DNA from: Flavobacteriaceae bacterium
GTDB taxonomy: Bacteria; Bacteroidota; Bacteroidia; Flavobacteriales; Flavobacteriaceae
NCBI GenBank assembly: GCA_965224465.1
Contig: OZ245049.1
Span: 2,520,001-2,552,000, forward strand
DNA length: 32,000 nucleotides
Direction: 5' to 3'
Shown in pieces: positions 9,324 through 19,108 of this stretch; position 1 is the stretch's first letter; each line of letters starts with the position of its first letter. The notes under the pieces are model-generated. The model was not told where the DNA came from. It did not search any database and saw nothing but the letters and a program-made list of their open reading frames with translations. Both the position numbers and the translations under genes were made by a program.

Positions 9324-10064
9324 ATGGGAAATTTTGGAAAATGGCTAGGTGCTGGATTGGGGTATAGTTTTGGAGGCCCCATTGGGAGCGTCTTAGGCTT
9401 TGCCGTAGGAAGTTTAATAGATGGATTCACCTCGAAAGATGTAGAAAATGCGCGTTATTACAAACAAGAAGGCCGCGATAAACATTCAGGTGATTTTGAA
9501 ATAAGTTTGCTAATTTTAGCTTCCGTAGTAATTAAATCCGACGGGAATATAGACAAACGAGAGCTGGATTATGTACGCACTCATTTTATAAGGTTGTATG
9601 GAGAAGAACGGGCAAAAAATGCATTCAAACTTTTTAAAAGCATCATTAAAGGGAACGTATCTACACGGAAAGTATGTATTCAAATACGACAAAACACCTC
9701 ACATGCTTCACGTTTACAACTCATCCATTTCCTTTTTGGAATTGCAAAAGCAGACGGACAAGTAAATCAAGACGAAATACAATCCATTCGTACAATTGCC
9801 AATTATTTATACATTAATACTTACAATTTCGAATCTATAAAAGCCATGTTCTTTGAACATACAGAATCGGCTTACACCATCCTAGAAATCACAACAGCTG
9901 CCACCGATAAAGAAGTGAAAAAAGCCTATAGAAAATTGGTGAAAAAACACCATCCAGACAAACTACAACACTTAGGTGAAGAGCATATCAAAGGAGCTCT
10001 TGAAAAGTTTAGACAAATACAAGAAGCGTATGAAAAAATACAAAAAGAACGAGGGTTTGTTTAG
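9324..10064 (+). CDS. DjlA-like co-chaperone: Gly-rich membrane segment + TerB-like domain + C-terminal J domain
   Basis: N-terminal GxxxG-rich hydrophobic segment, central TerB-like repeats (DGNIDKRELDYV, DGQVNQDEIQSI), and a C-terminal DnaJ domain with HPD (KKAYRKLVKKHHPDK). Confidence 0.8.
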   Translation: MGNFGKWLGAGLGYSFGGPIGSVLGFAVGSLIDGFTSKDVENARYYKQEGRDKHSGDFEISLLILASVVIKSDGNIDKRELDYVRTHFIRLYGEERAKNAFKLFKSIIKGNVSTRKVCIQIRQNTSHASRLQLIHFLFGIAKADGQVNQDEIQSIRTIANYLYINTYNFESIKAMFFEHTESAYTILEITTAATDKEVKKAYRKLVKKHHPDKLQHLGEEHIKGALEKFRQIQEAYEKIQKERGFV

Positions 10065-10116
10065 GGATTCATTTCCTTTACGGATTAGGAATTAGGTATC
10101 GCCTTTTTTTAACAAC

Positions 10117-10154
10117 AAAAACCCTTTAGATACAAGTACCTAAAGGGTTTTTTA
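10117..10154. terminator. Bidirectional intrinsic terminator between convergent genes
   Basis: Stem aaaaaccctttag/ctaaagggttttt with a 10-nt loop, flanked by an A-run on one side and a T-run on the other. Confidence 0.6.
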
Positions 10155-10172
10155 TATTCTAAAAAAATAGAA

Positions 10173-10919
10173 TTATCTTTTATTAGCTTCAGCTATATAT
10201 TTATCCAAAGCCATTGTCATTGACGGATTTTCTGTTGTAGGTGCTAAAATATTACATTTCAAACCTGCATCATTTGCTGCTTTTATTGTCGTATTTCCAA
10301 ATACTGCAATCCTTGTTTTGTTTTGTTTAAACTTCGGGAAATTCTTAAATAAAGAATCAATCCCTGAAGGACTAAAAAACACTAATATATCATAAAATAC
10401 ATCATTCAAATCTGACAAGTCACTAACTACAGTTTTGAACAATATAGCTCTACTCCAATTTACTTTAATCTCGTCCAAACTTTTTGGAATTAAATCTTTT
10501 AATTTATCTGAAGAAGGCAATAGGAAATTTTCACTCTTATGTTTCTTAATCAACTTAGCTAATTCAGGAAAAGTACGGGTTCCTACGTAAATTTTACGTT
10601 TGCGATACACAACATATTTTTGAAGATAAAAAGCTACTGCTTCAGACTGACAAAAATACTTCATATCATCCGGAACTGAATATCTCATTTCTTCTGCAAT
10701 TCTAAAAAAATGATCCACTGCATTTCTACTGGTTAAGATAATCGCAGAAAACTCATTCAAATCAATTTTCTGGACTCTCACCTCTTTAGCTGGAACTCCT
10801 ACCACATGGATAAAAGATCTAAAATCAATCTTAACTTTTTGCTTTTCCATCAAATCGAAATACGGAGAATTTTCTGTTTTTGGGGAAGGTTGCGATACTA
10901 AAATTGTTTTAACTTTCAT
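10173..10919 (-). CDS. hemD: Uroporphyrinogen-III synthase
   Basis: HemD-like two-lobe pattern (KTILVSQP...DFRSFI...ILTSRNAVDHFF...VFFSPSGIDSL...IAVFGNTT). Start moved to ATG 10919, because the track start at 10988 is a TTG that overlaps the upstream gene. Confidence 0.8.
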   Translation of the reverse strand: MKVKTILVSQPSPKTENSPYFDLMEKQKVKIDFRSFIHVVGVPAKEVRVQKIDLNEFSAIILTSRNAVDHFFRIAEEMRYSVPDDMKYFCQSEAVAFYLQKYVVYRKRKIYVGTRTFPELAKLIKKHKSENFLLPSSDKLKDLIPKSLDEIKVNWSRAILFKTVVSDLSDLNDVFYDILVFFSPSGIDSLFKNFPKFKQNKTRIAVFGNTTIKAANDAGLKCNILAPTTENPSMTMALDKYIAEANKR

Positions 10920-10936
10920 ATGGCTACATTTATTTC

Positions 10937-11587
10937 TTAAATAGTTAATCTTAAAATAATTATTAACGGTGCTATTTCGAGGGTGCAAATGTACAAAATA
11001 AAATAAAACAACTCGTTTAAAATCAAGTTTTTGTTATTTAGTAAAACCAAGGACGTTCTTAAAACTAATAATACCAGCGTACAACCTAACGTAATTTTCA
11101 ATAAGAGGATCTGATGGCTAGAGCTGTACACTACCAACAATAATAAAGGCAATAAAAACAGCACAATTGTTCTCAAATAACTCACTTTAAAAAACAAATA
11201 ATCACCAGCTACATTCTTGATACCTAATAGGCTAGAAAGCATTTTTCCTGCAAAATTAGAGACCAACAAATACACAAATACAATTCCAAATAAAACTAAG
11301 AAAAAAACCACAGGATCCTTAGAAGGAATAAAGATGTATACTCGGTTTATAACAAATAACAACAATCCAAAGGTCAAGGAAGCAATAAGGAGCATTATTA
11401 CACGAAGACCAAACTTTGTTTCTTTAGCATCCTTTAACAAATGTGAATTTGAGAACAGAAAAGAATTAAAAAAAATAAGGTGTTTCCCGAAAAATGACTT
11501 CGCCAGGACAAACAAAAATAGAATTATCAAGAATACAAGAGTATATCCATCATTGTTTTCAATCAATCGTTCTGAGGCCTGTATCAT
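10937..11587 (-). CDS. Multi-pass membrane protein (DUF4271-like), commonly upstream of hemD in Flavobacteriia
   Basis: 216 aa with about six hydrophobic helices. The family call rests on recalled synteny with hemD, not on a motif. Confidence 0.55.
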   Translation of the reverse strand: MIQASERLIENNDGYTLVFLIILFLFVLAKSFFGKHLIFFNSFLFSNSHLLKDAKETKFGLRVIMLLIASLTFGLLLFVINRVYIFIPSKDPVVFFLVLFGIVFVYLLVSNFAGKMLSSLLGIKNVAGDYLFFKVSYLRTIVLFLLPLLLLVVYSSSHQILLLKITLGCTLVLLVLRTSLVLLNNKNLILNELFYFILYICTLEIAPLIIILRLTI

Positions 11588-11637
11588 AGTTTATTAACAA
11601 GTTTATATCTTAACACAAAATTAGTAATAAAAAGCTT

Positions 11638-11645
11638 TATCTTTG
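11638..11645 (+). promoter_or_regulatory. Candidate -7 promoter box (TATCTTTG)
   Basis: Exact TAnnTTTG match, 17 nt upstream of the ATG at 11663. Confidence 0.4.
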
Positions 11646-11662
11646 CCGCTTAATCTAACTTT

Positions 11663-12382
11663 ATGTCAGACACTGTAGTTATTGTACCTACTTATAATGA
11701 AAAAGAGAATATAGAAGCTATTATCAACACGGTCTTTGCCCTACCCAAACAATTTGATATTTTGGTAGTTGACGATAACTCACCTGACGGTACCAATGCG
11801 ATAGTAAAGAAAATAATCCCTAATTTTCCAGATCGATTATTTTTAGAAATACGACCAGAAAAAAACGGATTAGGAACTGCATACATCCATGGCTTCAAAT
11901 GGGCCTTGTCAAAAAAGTACGATTATATAATAGAGATGGATGCTGATTTCTCCCACAATCCGAGCGATTTGATCCATTTATACAATGCCTGCGCAAAGAA
12001 AGGCGCAGATTACGCTATAGGATCCAGGTACTCTCAAGGTGTAAACGTTGTAAATTGGCCTATGAGTCGCGTGTTATTATCCTATTTTGCTTCAAAATAT
12101 GTACGTTTTATAACACGAATCCCAATTTACGACACCACAGCTGGATTTGTATGTTACAAGCGAAAAGTTCTAGAAACCATCCAACTAGACAAAATTAAAT
12201 TCGTAGGATATGCCTTTCAAATAGAAATGAAATTTAAAGCATGGCTACATCAATTTAAACACAAAGAAGTTTCTGTAATTTTTACAGACAGAGTACAAGG
12301 AAAATCTAAAATGAACGGATCTATCATATCAGAAGCCGTATTTGGAGTTATTAAAATGAAATTGCAAGGTTTACCTAAATAA
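11663..12382 (+). CDS. GT2 polyprenol-phosphate mannosyltransferase (dolichol-P-mannose synthase-like)
   Basis: VIVPTYNEKENI, DDNSPDGT and EMDADFSH motifs, typical of the Ppm1/DPM1-like GT2 family. Confidence 0.85.
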   Translation: MSDTVVIVPTYNEKENIEAIINTVFALPKQFDILVVDDNSPDGTNAIVKKIIPNFPDRLFLEIRPEKNGLGTAYIHGFKWALSKKYDYIIEMDADFSHNPSDLIHLYNACAKKGADYAIGSRYSQGVNVVNWPMSRVLLSYFASKYVRFITRIPIYDTTAGFVCYKRKVLETIQLDKIKFVGYAFQIEMKFKAWLHQFKHKEVSVIFTDRVQGKSKMNGSIISEAVFGVIKMKLQGLPK

Positions 12383-12388
12383 AAAAAA

Positions 12389-13729
12389 ATGAGCGAGATA
12401 CTAATAAAAAATGCTAAAATAGTCAACGAGGGAGAAATCCTAGAATGTGACGTATTAATACGCAACCAATACATTGTAGAAATAAATGAATCTATCAGTT
12501 CAAAATCTGCTGATACGGTTATAATTGATGCGGAAGGAAAGCATTTAATCCCTGGTGTTATAGATGACCAAGTTCATTTCCGTGAACCAGGATTAACAAA
12601 AAAGGCAACTATAGAAAGCGAAAGTAAAGCTGCTATTGCTGGAGGAATTACTTCTTTTATAGAAATGCCAAATACAATACCACAGGCCACCACACAAGAA
12701 CTACTTGAAGATAAGTTTAATATTGCTGCTGAATCTTCGTATGCCAATTATTCATTTATGTTTGGTGGGACCAACGACAACTTAAAAGAGCTCCTGAAAA
12801 CTGACCCTACAAAAGTAGCAGGTATCAAATTGTTTTTAGGATCATCTACAGGAAATATGCTTGTAGATAACGAAGAAGTTTTAGAAAAAATATTCTCTTC
12901 TACAGATATGTTAATTTCTGTTCATTGCGAGGACGAGGCAACCATTAAGGAAAATTTAGAACAACATATAGCCGAGTTTGGTGATGATATTCCTATAGAG
13001 AAACACCCAGTTATCAGAAGTGCAATAGCCTGCTATTTATCTTCTTCCAAAGCTATTGAATTGGCAAAAAAAACAGGTGCTAGACTACATTTATTTCATT
13101 TATCAACAGAAATTGAAACTCATTTACTCTCAAATAAAATTCCTTTAAAAGACAAAAAAATTACAGGAGAAGTATGCATACATCACCTTTATTTTTCAGA
13201 CGAAGATTATGCAGAAAAAGGAACATTTATAAAATGGAATCCAGCCGTAAAATCTAAAGAAGACAGAGAAGGTTTATGGAAAGCATTGTTAGACGATCGC
13301 ATCGATGTAATTGCTAGTGATCACGCACCACACACCTTAGAGGAGAAAAAACAAGTCTATACAAAAGCACCAAGCGGAGGTCCTCTAGTACAACATGCAC
13401 TTCCTGCCATGTTGAAATTTTACAGGGAAGGCAAAATATCTCTAGAGAAAATTGTCGAAAAAATGTGCCACAACCCTTCCATTCTCTTTCGAATAGAAAA
13501 AAGAGGATATATAAGAACTGGCTATTATGCGGATTTGGTATTGATTGACACAACCTCTCCATGGACCGTATCAAAAGAAAACATCCTTTACAAATGTGGA
13601 TGGTCTCCTTTTGAAGGCACTTCGTTCCCAGGAAGAGTGACTACCACAATAATAAATGGACACATTGTTTATAATGAAGGTATATTTAAAGAAAAGAAAA
13701 GAGGGCAACGACTTACTTTTAATCAATAA
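12389..13729 (+). CDS. pyrC: Dihydroorotase (amidohydrolase superfamily)
   Basis: 446 aa with metal-binding DDQVHFREPG, then VHCED and ASDHAPH motifs. The gene starts 6 nt after the upstream gene. Confidence 0.8.
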   Translation: MSEILIKNAKIVNEGEILECDVLIRNQYIVEINESISSKSADTVIIDAEGKHLIPGVIDDQVHFREPGLTKKATIESESKAAIAGGITSFIEMPNTIPQATTQELLEDKFNIAAESSYANYSFMFGGTNDNLKELLKTDPTKVAGIKLFLGSSTGNMLVDNEEVLEKIFSSTDMLISVHCEDEATIKENLEQHIAEFGDDIPIEKHPVIRSAIACYLSSSKAIELAKKTGARLHLFHLSTEIETHLLSNKIPLKDKKITGEVCIHHLYFSDEDYAEKGTFIKWNPAVKSKEDREGLWKALLDDRIDVIASDHAPHTLEEKKQVYTKAPSGGPLVQHALPAMLKFYREGKISLEKIVEKMCHNPSILFRIEKRGYIRTGYYADLVLIDTTSPWTVSKENILYKCGWSPFEGTSFPGRVTTTIINGHIVYNEGIFKEKKRGQRLTFNQ

Positions 13730-13788
13730 GCAAAAACACCTGTTTATTGAATCTTAATCGCTTTTTTATACAAACAAAAATAATATTC

Positions 13789-14271
13789 ATGAAAACAATT
13801 GTTTACATGCTTGGGTTTCTTTTATTGGGTTCCTGTACAAGTAACACCATCCTAGAAAAGCCTAAAGACTTAATTTCAAAAGATAAAATGGCAAATATTT
13901 TAACTGATTTGTTCCTTGCGACAGGGGCAAAATCAGTTAAAAATATAGAAGGAAAAAGACGTTTAAACTACATGCCACAAGTCTATGAAAAATACAAAAT
14001 AGATAGCACTCAGTTTAAAGAAAGCAACTATTACTACACTTCTTTGATAGACGTAAATACCGAAATATTAACGCTTGTAGAAAACCGAATGAACCACCTT
14101 AAAGACAGTCTAAATAAGATCGAAAGAACCTTAGACTCCATTAAAAGACACGGTTCTAAAAGCCTAAAAGATTCTTTAATACAACTTAAAGGAGACCCAT
14201 TATTAGATTCAAAAACATCAGAGAATCCTCCGCAACTCATAGCTCCGCGCGCCATGTTAAGACAGGAATAA
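13789..14271 (+). CDS. Small lipoprotein (DUF4296-like)
   Basis: MKTIVYMLGFLLLGSCTS signal/lipobox. ATG 13789 is preferred over the TTG at 13747 used by the track. Confidence 0.55.
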   Translation: MKTIVYMLGFLLLGSCTSNTILEKPKDLISKDKMANILTDLFLATGAKSVKNIEGKRRLNYMPQVYEKYKIDSTQFKESNYYYTSLIDVNTEILTLVENRMNHLKDSLNKIERTLDSIKRHGSKSLKDSLIQLKGDPLLDSKTSENPPQLIAPRAMLRQE

Positions 14272-14371
14272 TTCCATTTCTAAACCGGCACTTGGAAATG
14301 TATTTGGTTGCATACCAATTACAGTCCAAAATGACTGACATAAAAAGTTTATTATACGTTTTAGCGTTGTT
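14267..14371. repeat. Intergenic repeat, copy C (permuted: right arm followed by left arm, central module absent)
   Basis: aataattccatttctaaaccggcacttggaaatgtatttggt matches the right part of copies A/B. It is followed after tgc by ataccaattacagtccaaaatga...gtttattatacgttttagcgttgtt, which matches their left part. The copy exactly fills the gap between two convergent stop codons. Confidence 0.55.
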
Positions 14372-15378
14372 TAATCCTCCCTTGTTTTGTATTGCAATGC
14401 GACCTCTTTTATAACAGATTTAATGGAACTAAAGTGAACACCCATCGTTTGTTTTATTTTCTGAGAGCTATAGTAATTCACATTGTGAATGGAGCTTGCA
14501 GTCTGCTTTGTTAATACAGGCTTTCTTCCGAGGAAGAAACTCAATACCCTATCTAAACGCCAAGCAATGGCACTCATAAAAGGAAACACTTTTACAGTAG
14601 GTATTTTTTTATTTAGACAAACAGCAATCGTAGAGAAAACCTCCCTAAAACTCACATTCTCGCTCACCAAAACAAAACGTTGGTTCACCACAGAACTATC
14701 CATAAGAGCCATCATTATTTTCACCACATCCTTTACTCCAACAAAACCAGTTAAGCCATTACTATAAAAAGAAAAACCATCAGAAACTCTTTTAAACATC
14801 TCTCCCGCACCGTTATTCCAAAAACCACCGCCAATAATAACCCCTGGATTTACAATTACAACAGGAACACCTTCCTGAGAAGCTCTCCATACTTCCATTT
14901 CAGCACCATATTTAGAAATAGCATAACCATAATTATTTTTTTCTGCGTCCCATTCTCCTGATTCGTCTATAATACCTGCTCCTATTTTTTTCTCTATGGT
15001 AGTAATAGAACTCACAAAACACAATTTCTGCACTTTATAAGCAACACAAAGATTGACAATATTTGCCGTACCTCCAATATTAACCGTACGCATCTCCACA
15101 TAGTCTTTTGGGCTAAAAGACACCAATGCAGCCGCATGATACACATGGGTAACCCCTTCAAATGCAAGTTCTAACGACGGCACATCTGTAATATCCGCCT
15201 CTACCCACTCTATCGCATCAAACAATGCCGCATCGGACGAATAATAAGAAAACACTTTCTTTACTGCATTTATATCACTATTTTTTCTTCGAATAGCACG
15301 CACTGATTGTTTGGTCATAACCAAACAAGACAATAAATGTGCACCTACCAAACCTGTACCTCCTGTAACTAATATCAT
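14371..15378 (-). CDS. NAD-dependent epimerase/dehydratase (extended SDR)
   Basis: N-terminal Rossmann motif MILVTGGTGLVGAHL and the catalytic YxxxK (YAISKYGAE). Confidence 0.85.
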   Translation of the reverse strand: MILVTGGTGLVGAHLLSCLVMTKQSVRAIRRKNSDINAVKKVFSYYSSDAALFDAIEWVEADITDVPSLELAFEGVTHVYHAAALVSFSPKDYVEMRTVNIGGTANIVNLCVAYKVQKLCFVSSITTIEKKIGAGIIDESGEWDAEKNNYGYAISKYGAEMEVWRASQEGVPVVIVNPGVIIGGGFWNNGAGEMFKRVSDGFSFYSNGLTGFVGVKDVVKIMMALMDSSVVNQRFVLVSENVSFREVFSTIAVCLNKKIPTVKVFPFMSAIAWRLDRVLSFFLGRKPVLTKQTASSIHNVNYYSSQKIKQTMGVHFSSIKSVIKEVALQYKTRED

Positions 15379-15430
15379 ACGACGAAAATAAATAAATATT
15401 TATTATTACAGTATATTGTGCATTGATTTT

Positions 15431-15438
15431 TATCTTTG
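15431..15438 (+). promoter_or_regulatory. Candidate -7 promoter box (TATCTTTG) upstream of tyrS
   Basis: Exact TAnnTTTG match, 22 nt upstream of the ATG at 15461. Confidence 0.4.
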
Positions 15439-15460
15439 CAAGATATTTTAAATACCAATT

Positions 15461-16750
15461 ATGAATTTTGTTGAAGAATTAAGATGGAGAGGCTTGTTAC
15501 ACGACATCATGCCAGATACTGAAGAATACTTATTAAAAAATAAAACTACAGGTTATATCGGATTCGACCCTACGGCCGATTCCCTTCACATTGGCAGTTT
15601 AGTTCCTATTATTTTACTGCGTCATTTCCAACTTGCAGGGCACAGCCCCATAGCATTACTGGGGGGAGCTACTGGAATGGTAGGTGATCCTTCTGGAAAA
15701 TCTGACGAACGCAACTTATTAGACGAAGAGACATTGGCTAAAAATGTGGCGGGTGTAAAAGCACAGTTAGAACGTTTTATCAATTTTGACGACGGTAGTG
15801 AAAATGCTGCACAAATGGTAAACAACTACGACTGGATGAAAGAAATTTCGATCATCGAATTTGTGCGAGATGTAGGAAAACACATCACTGTAAATTACAT
15901 GATGGCAAAAGATTCTGTAAAAAAACGATTAGGGTCTGAATCTTCCGTAGGAATGTCCTTTACAGAATTTACCTATCAATTGTTTCAAGGCTACGATTTT
16001 TATCATTTATACAAAGAAAAAAATTGTGTTTTACAAATGGGTGGTTCTGACCAATGGGGAAATATTACCACAGGAACAGAACTCGTAAGACGTAAAGCAA
16101 GAGGAAAAGCATATGCCATTACCTGCCCGCTTATCACCAAAGCAGACGGAAGTAAATTTGGAAAATCTGCTGGTGGAAATATATGGTTAGATGCAGAAAG
16201 AACATCCCCATACAAATACTACCAATATTGGCTAAATACCAGTGATATTGATGCAGAAAAGTATATTAAAATTTTCACATTCCTAGAAAAAGACACTATT
16301 GAGGCATTAATTGCCGCTCATAAAGAAGCACCACATCAACGTTTACTACAAAAGAAAATAGGCGAAGAAGTAACCATTATGACGCATGGCGAAGACGCTT
16401 ATAACAATGCGATCAAAGCTTCAAACATACTCTTTGGAAAATCTACTGCTGAGGATATTAAAAGTTTAGATGTACAAACGTTCTTAGACGTATTTGAAGG
16501 AGTGCCTATAGCCGAAATTTCACAAGCGCAAATCTCCGAAGGACTAAATATTGTAGATGCATTTGCTAGTACAGGGTTTTTAAAATCTAATGGAGAAGTA
16601 CGTAGAGCTTTAAAGGAAAACTCGATTTCTGTAAACAAAGAAAAAGTAACAGACACCTACCTTATCGAATCTAAAGATTTAATTGCAGGCAAATTTATAT
16701 TATTACAACGCGGTAAAAAAACGTATTTTTTACTCAAAATAGCAATGTAA
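15461..16750 (+). CDS. tyrS: Tyrosine--tRNA ligase
   Basis: HIGH-type motif (DSLHIGSL), KMSKS-type motif (KFGKS), and a C-terminal S4-like domain ([15 protein letters not shown]). Confidence 0.96.
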   Translation: MNFVEELRWRGLLHDIMPDTEEYLLKNKTTGYIGFDPTADSLHIGSLVPIILLRHFQLAGHSPIALLGGATGMVGDPSGKSDERNLLDEETLAKNVAGVKAQLERFINFDDGSENAAQMVNNYDWMKEISIIEFVRDVGKHITVNYMMAKDSVKKRLGSESSVGMSFTEFTYQLFQGYDFYHLYKEKNCVLQMGGSDQWGNITTGTELVRRKARGKAYAITCPLITKADGSKFGKSAGGNIWLDAERTSPYKYYQYWLNTSDIDAEKYIKIFTFLEKDTIEALIAAHKEAPHQRLLQKKIGEEVTIMTHGEDAYNNAIKASNILFGKSTAEDIKSLDVQTFLDVFEGVPIAEISQAQISEGLNIVDAFASTGFLKSNGEVRRALKENSISVNKEKVTDTYLIESKDLIAGKFILLQRGKKTYFLLKIAM

Positions 16751-16772
16751 TCATACTATTTAATAACTTTTT

Positions 16773-16809
16773 AAAAAAAACCACTTTTCATACGTTAAGT
16801 GGTTTTTTT
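16773..16809. terminator. Intrinsic terminator after tyrS
   Basis: aaaaaaaaccactt / aagtggtttttttt hairpin with a flanking A-run and T-run. Confidence 0.6.
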
Positions 16810-16891
16810 ATCCCTTCTATTTTCGTAATTTCACCAAAAAAAAATTGACGTTAACTACTGAGTAAGATAAATACTTAACGGCATACATCTT

Positions 16892-17494
16892 ATGAGACAA
16901 AGTATAAAAAAAGAACTAACTCGGCAACAATTGTTGAGTAAAGGCTATGAGCTTATTAATAAATATGGCTATCATGGCACAAGCATAGATAAATTAATTT
17001 CTGAGCTAAAAATAACAAAAGGATCCTTCTACTATCATTTTAACAGCAAAGAAGACTTTACACTCACTATAATTAAAGAAATAATAAGTGACAATATCAC
17101 CCAAGATTTTATTGCTCCCATACAAGTAAAAGGAAATCCCATTTTTATCCTAACCGATTGTATTGATGAAAAGTTTATCAACAATAAACGTACGCTAACA
17201 GCAACAGGTAGTCCATTAACAAATTTTATAACAGAACTAAGCATCGTTAATGACAGCTTTAAAACCGAGCTAAAAAAAATAACAGACAAATGGACCGTCG
17301 CACTCGTACTCTTAATACAAGATGGAAAAATGAATGGGTATATTGCTCGATTTGTAGACAGTGAAGCAAGTGCTATGTTTATAATTTCTGCTATAGAAGG
17401 AATACAAACCTTGCGTCAATTAGACCCAAATAAAGCACATTATATAAACTTTGTACAACAACTAAAACAATATTTAAACGGGCTGAAAGCTTAG
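16892..17494 (+). CDS. TetR/AcrR-family transcriptional regulator
   Basis: N-terminal HTH pattern (GYHGTSIDKLISELKITKGSFYYHFNSKED). Confidence 0.85.
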   Translation: MRQSIKKELTRQQLLSKGYELINKYGYHGTSIDKLISELKITKGSFYYHFNSKEDFTLTIIKEIISDNITQDFIAPIQVKGNPIFILTDCIDEKFINNKRTLTATGSPLTNFITELSIVNDSFKTELKKITDKWTVALVLLIQDGKMNGYIARFVDSEASAMFIISAIEGIQTLRQLDPNKAHYINFVQQLKQYLNGLKA

Positions 17495-17497
17495 CTA

Positions 17498-18475
17498 TTA
17501 TTGAACCAATAAATTACATCCTCTGATATCCGAATGATCAAAACGTCCTAATATTTCAAAAGTAGTAGACGTATGCATTTTCCCTAAGTCCTGGGTAGCA
17601 ATAAAAGAGCAAGATTCTATATTTGCAAAATCAATTACATTAATACCTCCAGACCTCCCTATAGGTAAAACAGCAAACGGATCTTCTGTATCTCTTATAA
17701 TTATCTTCATCCAGCTCGGACATTCAAACACACCATTTCCTTTGGAGTACGCCTGACTTAACAGCTCGGTCATTCCGTATTCTGAATGAATCGTGTCCAC
17801 ACCAAAACCATCCCTTAACAACACGTGTAGTTCTTGACGAATCATTTCTTTTCGCCTCCCTTTCATCCCTCCTGTTTCCATAACAATCGTGTTTTTTAAA
17901 CAAAACTTTTCTTGTTCAATCAAATCTAACAACGCATAGGTAACTCCTATTAACAATACATTCTTTCCTGTAGCACTAAGACTGTGTAATTTTTCTGTGA
18001 TAGCACGATAGTTATCCAAGTAGAAACCGCTATCTATATTCTCACTATCCTTTATAAGGGCGTCTACCATATAAATTAACGAAGAACCTTCCCGTTCTAA
18101 ATAAGAAGGCAATAATGCCAATATTGTATAATCCTTAACATCCCCATAAAACTGTTCAAAACAGGTTTTAAAACTCTTTTCGTAAATGGTCAAATCCGTC
18201 ACATAATGCTTAGACTGTGACATCCCAGTAGTCCCACTACTTAAAAAGGTCTGCATTACAGGAGCATCAGAACTCAAAACAAAATGACTTTTAAAAAATT
18301 GAATGGGTAAAAAAGGAATTTTTTCGATACAATCCACTTGTTTAATATCTACCTTCAAGTACTTTAAAAAAGTAGCATATACTTGATTTTTAACGGACTG
18401 ATATTTAAAAACTTCTAGTGCTTTTCTACTAAAATCAGTGTCATCCTGAATGTTAAATAGTTGATTTGTATCCAT
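17498..18475 (-). CDS. LuxE/PaaK-like acyl-protein synthetase family protein (often annotated acyl transferase)
   Basis: SSGTTG adenylate-forming motif, METGGMKGRRKE and YGMTE motifs. ATG 18475 is preferred over the TTG at 18490. Confidence 0.7.
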   Translation of the reverse strand: MDTNQLFNIQDDTDFSRKALEVFKYQSVKNQVYATFLKYLKVDIKQVDCIEKIPFLPIQFFKSHFVLSSDAPVMQTFLSSGTTGMSQSKHYVTDLTIYEKSFKTCFEQFYGDVKDYTILALLPSYLEREGSSLIYMVDALIKDSENIDSGFYLDNYRAITEKLHSLSATGKNVLLIGVTYALLDLIEQEKFCLKNTIVMETGGMKGRRKEMIRQELHVLLRDGFGVDTIHSEYGMTELLSQAYSKGNGVFECPSWMKIIIRDTEDPFAVLPIGRSGGINVIDFANIESCSFIATQDLGKMHTSTTFEILGRFDHSDIRGCNLLVQ

Positions 18476-18564
18476 AAAATTTTTAAACAATACAAAAGTA
18501 ATGTAATTTTACGCAACCATATACAAAAGACTGCATCTAATAAGTATAAATTTAACGTTCACGC

Positions 18565-19101
18565 TTGAGTTTAAATAAACTAATAAAACAATGTGCCCAC
18601 AACGATCGAAAGGCACAAGCCTATATTTACCAACTATACGGGGGTAAGTTATTTGCCATATGCCTAAAATATTCGAACAACAAACAAGAGGCACAGGATA
18701 GTTTTCAGGACGGTTTTATTACCATATTTAACAAAATTGGACAGTTTAATTTTAAAGGCTCCTTTGAAGGATGGATGAAGCGCATAATGGTGAATACTGT
18801 TTTACAAAAATACCGTAAAAAAAGTGTTCTAAACATTGTCACAGAGGAAATTCCAGACGAAGTAATTGTAGAAGTAAATGAAGAGGAAATTTCTTTAGAC
18901 ATGCTTCTTAAATCAATTCAGGAATTACCAGAAAGGTACAGAATGGTTTTTAACTTATACGTATTAGATGGCTATTCTCACAAGGAAATAGCAGGCATGT
19001 TGAACGTAGCAGAAGGCACTTCAAAATCCAATTTATCAAGAGCACGAATTATATTAAAAGAAAAAATAGAATTAGTTTTAAGTGACCAACAATCTGGTTA
19101 G
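18565..19101 (+). CDS. ECF-type RNA polymerase sigma-70 factor
   Basis: Region 2 (FQDGFITIF...FEGWMKRIMVNTVL) and region 4 (YRMVFNLYVLDGYSHKEIAGMLNVAEGTSKSNLSRAR). The only in-frame start is TTG at 18565. Confidence 0.88.
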   Translation: MSLNKLIKQCAHNDRKAQAYIYQLYGGKLFAICLKYSNNKQEAQDSFQDGFITIFNKIGQFNFKGSFEGWMKRIMVNTVLQKYRKKSVLNIVTEEIPDEVIVEVNEEEISLDMLLKSIQELPERYRMVFNLYVLDGYSHKEIAGMLNVAEGTSKSNLSRARIILKEKIELVLSDQQSG

Positions 19102-19108
19102 AAAGCCC

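Noticed and set aside
11217-11597. 126-aa plus-strand ORF, plus 11692-11898, 12250-12474, 13314-13574, 14034-14255, 14489-14767, 15622-16656 (three ORFs), 17035-17289, 18509-18902 (two ORFs), 19333-19626 and 20720-21931 (three ORFs)
   Set aside because: Each is antisense to, or overlaps, a longer ORF with clear family motifs. None has independent support.
16840-16891. Short inverted repeat cgttaa-N-ttaacg upstream of the TetR gene as an operator
   Set aside because: Only 6 bp per arm in AT-rich DNA, which is too weak to call.
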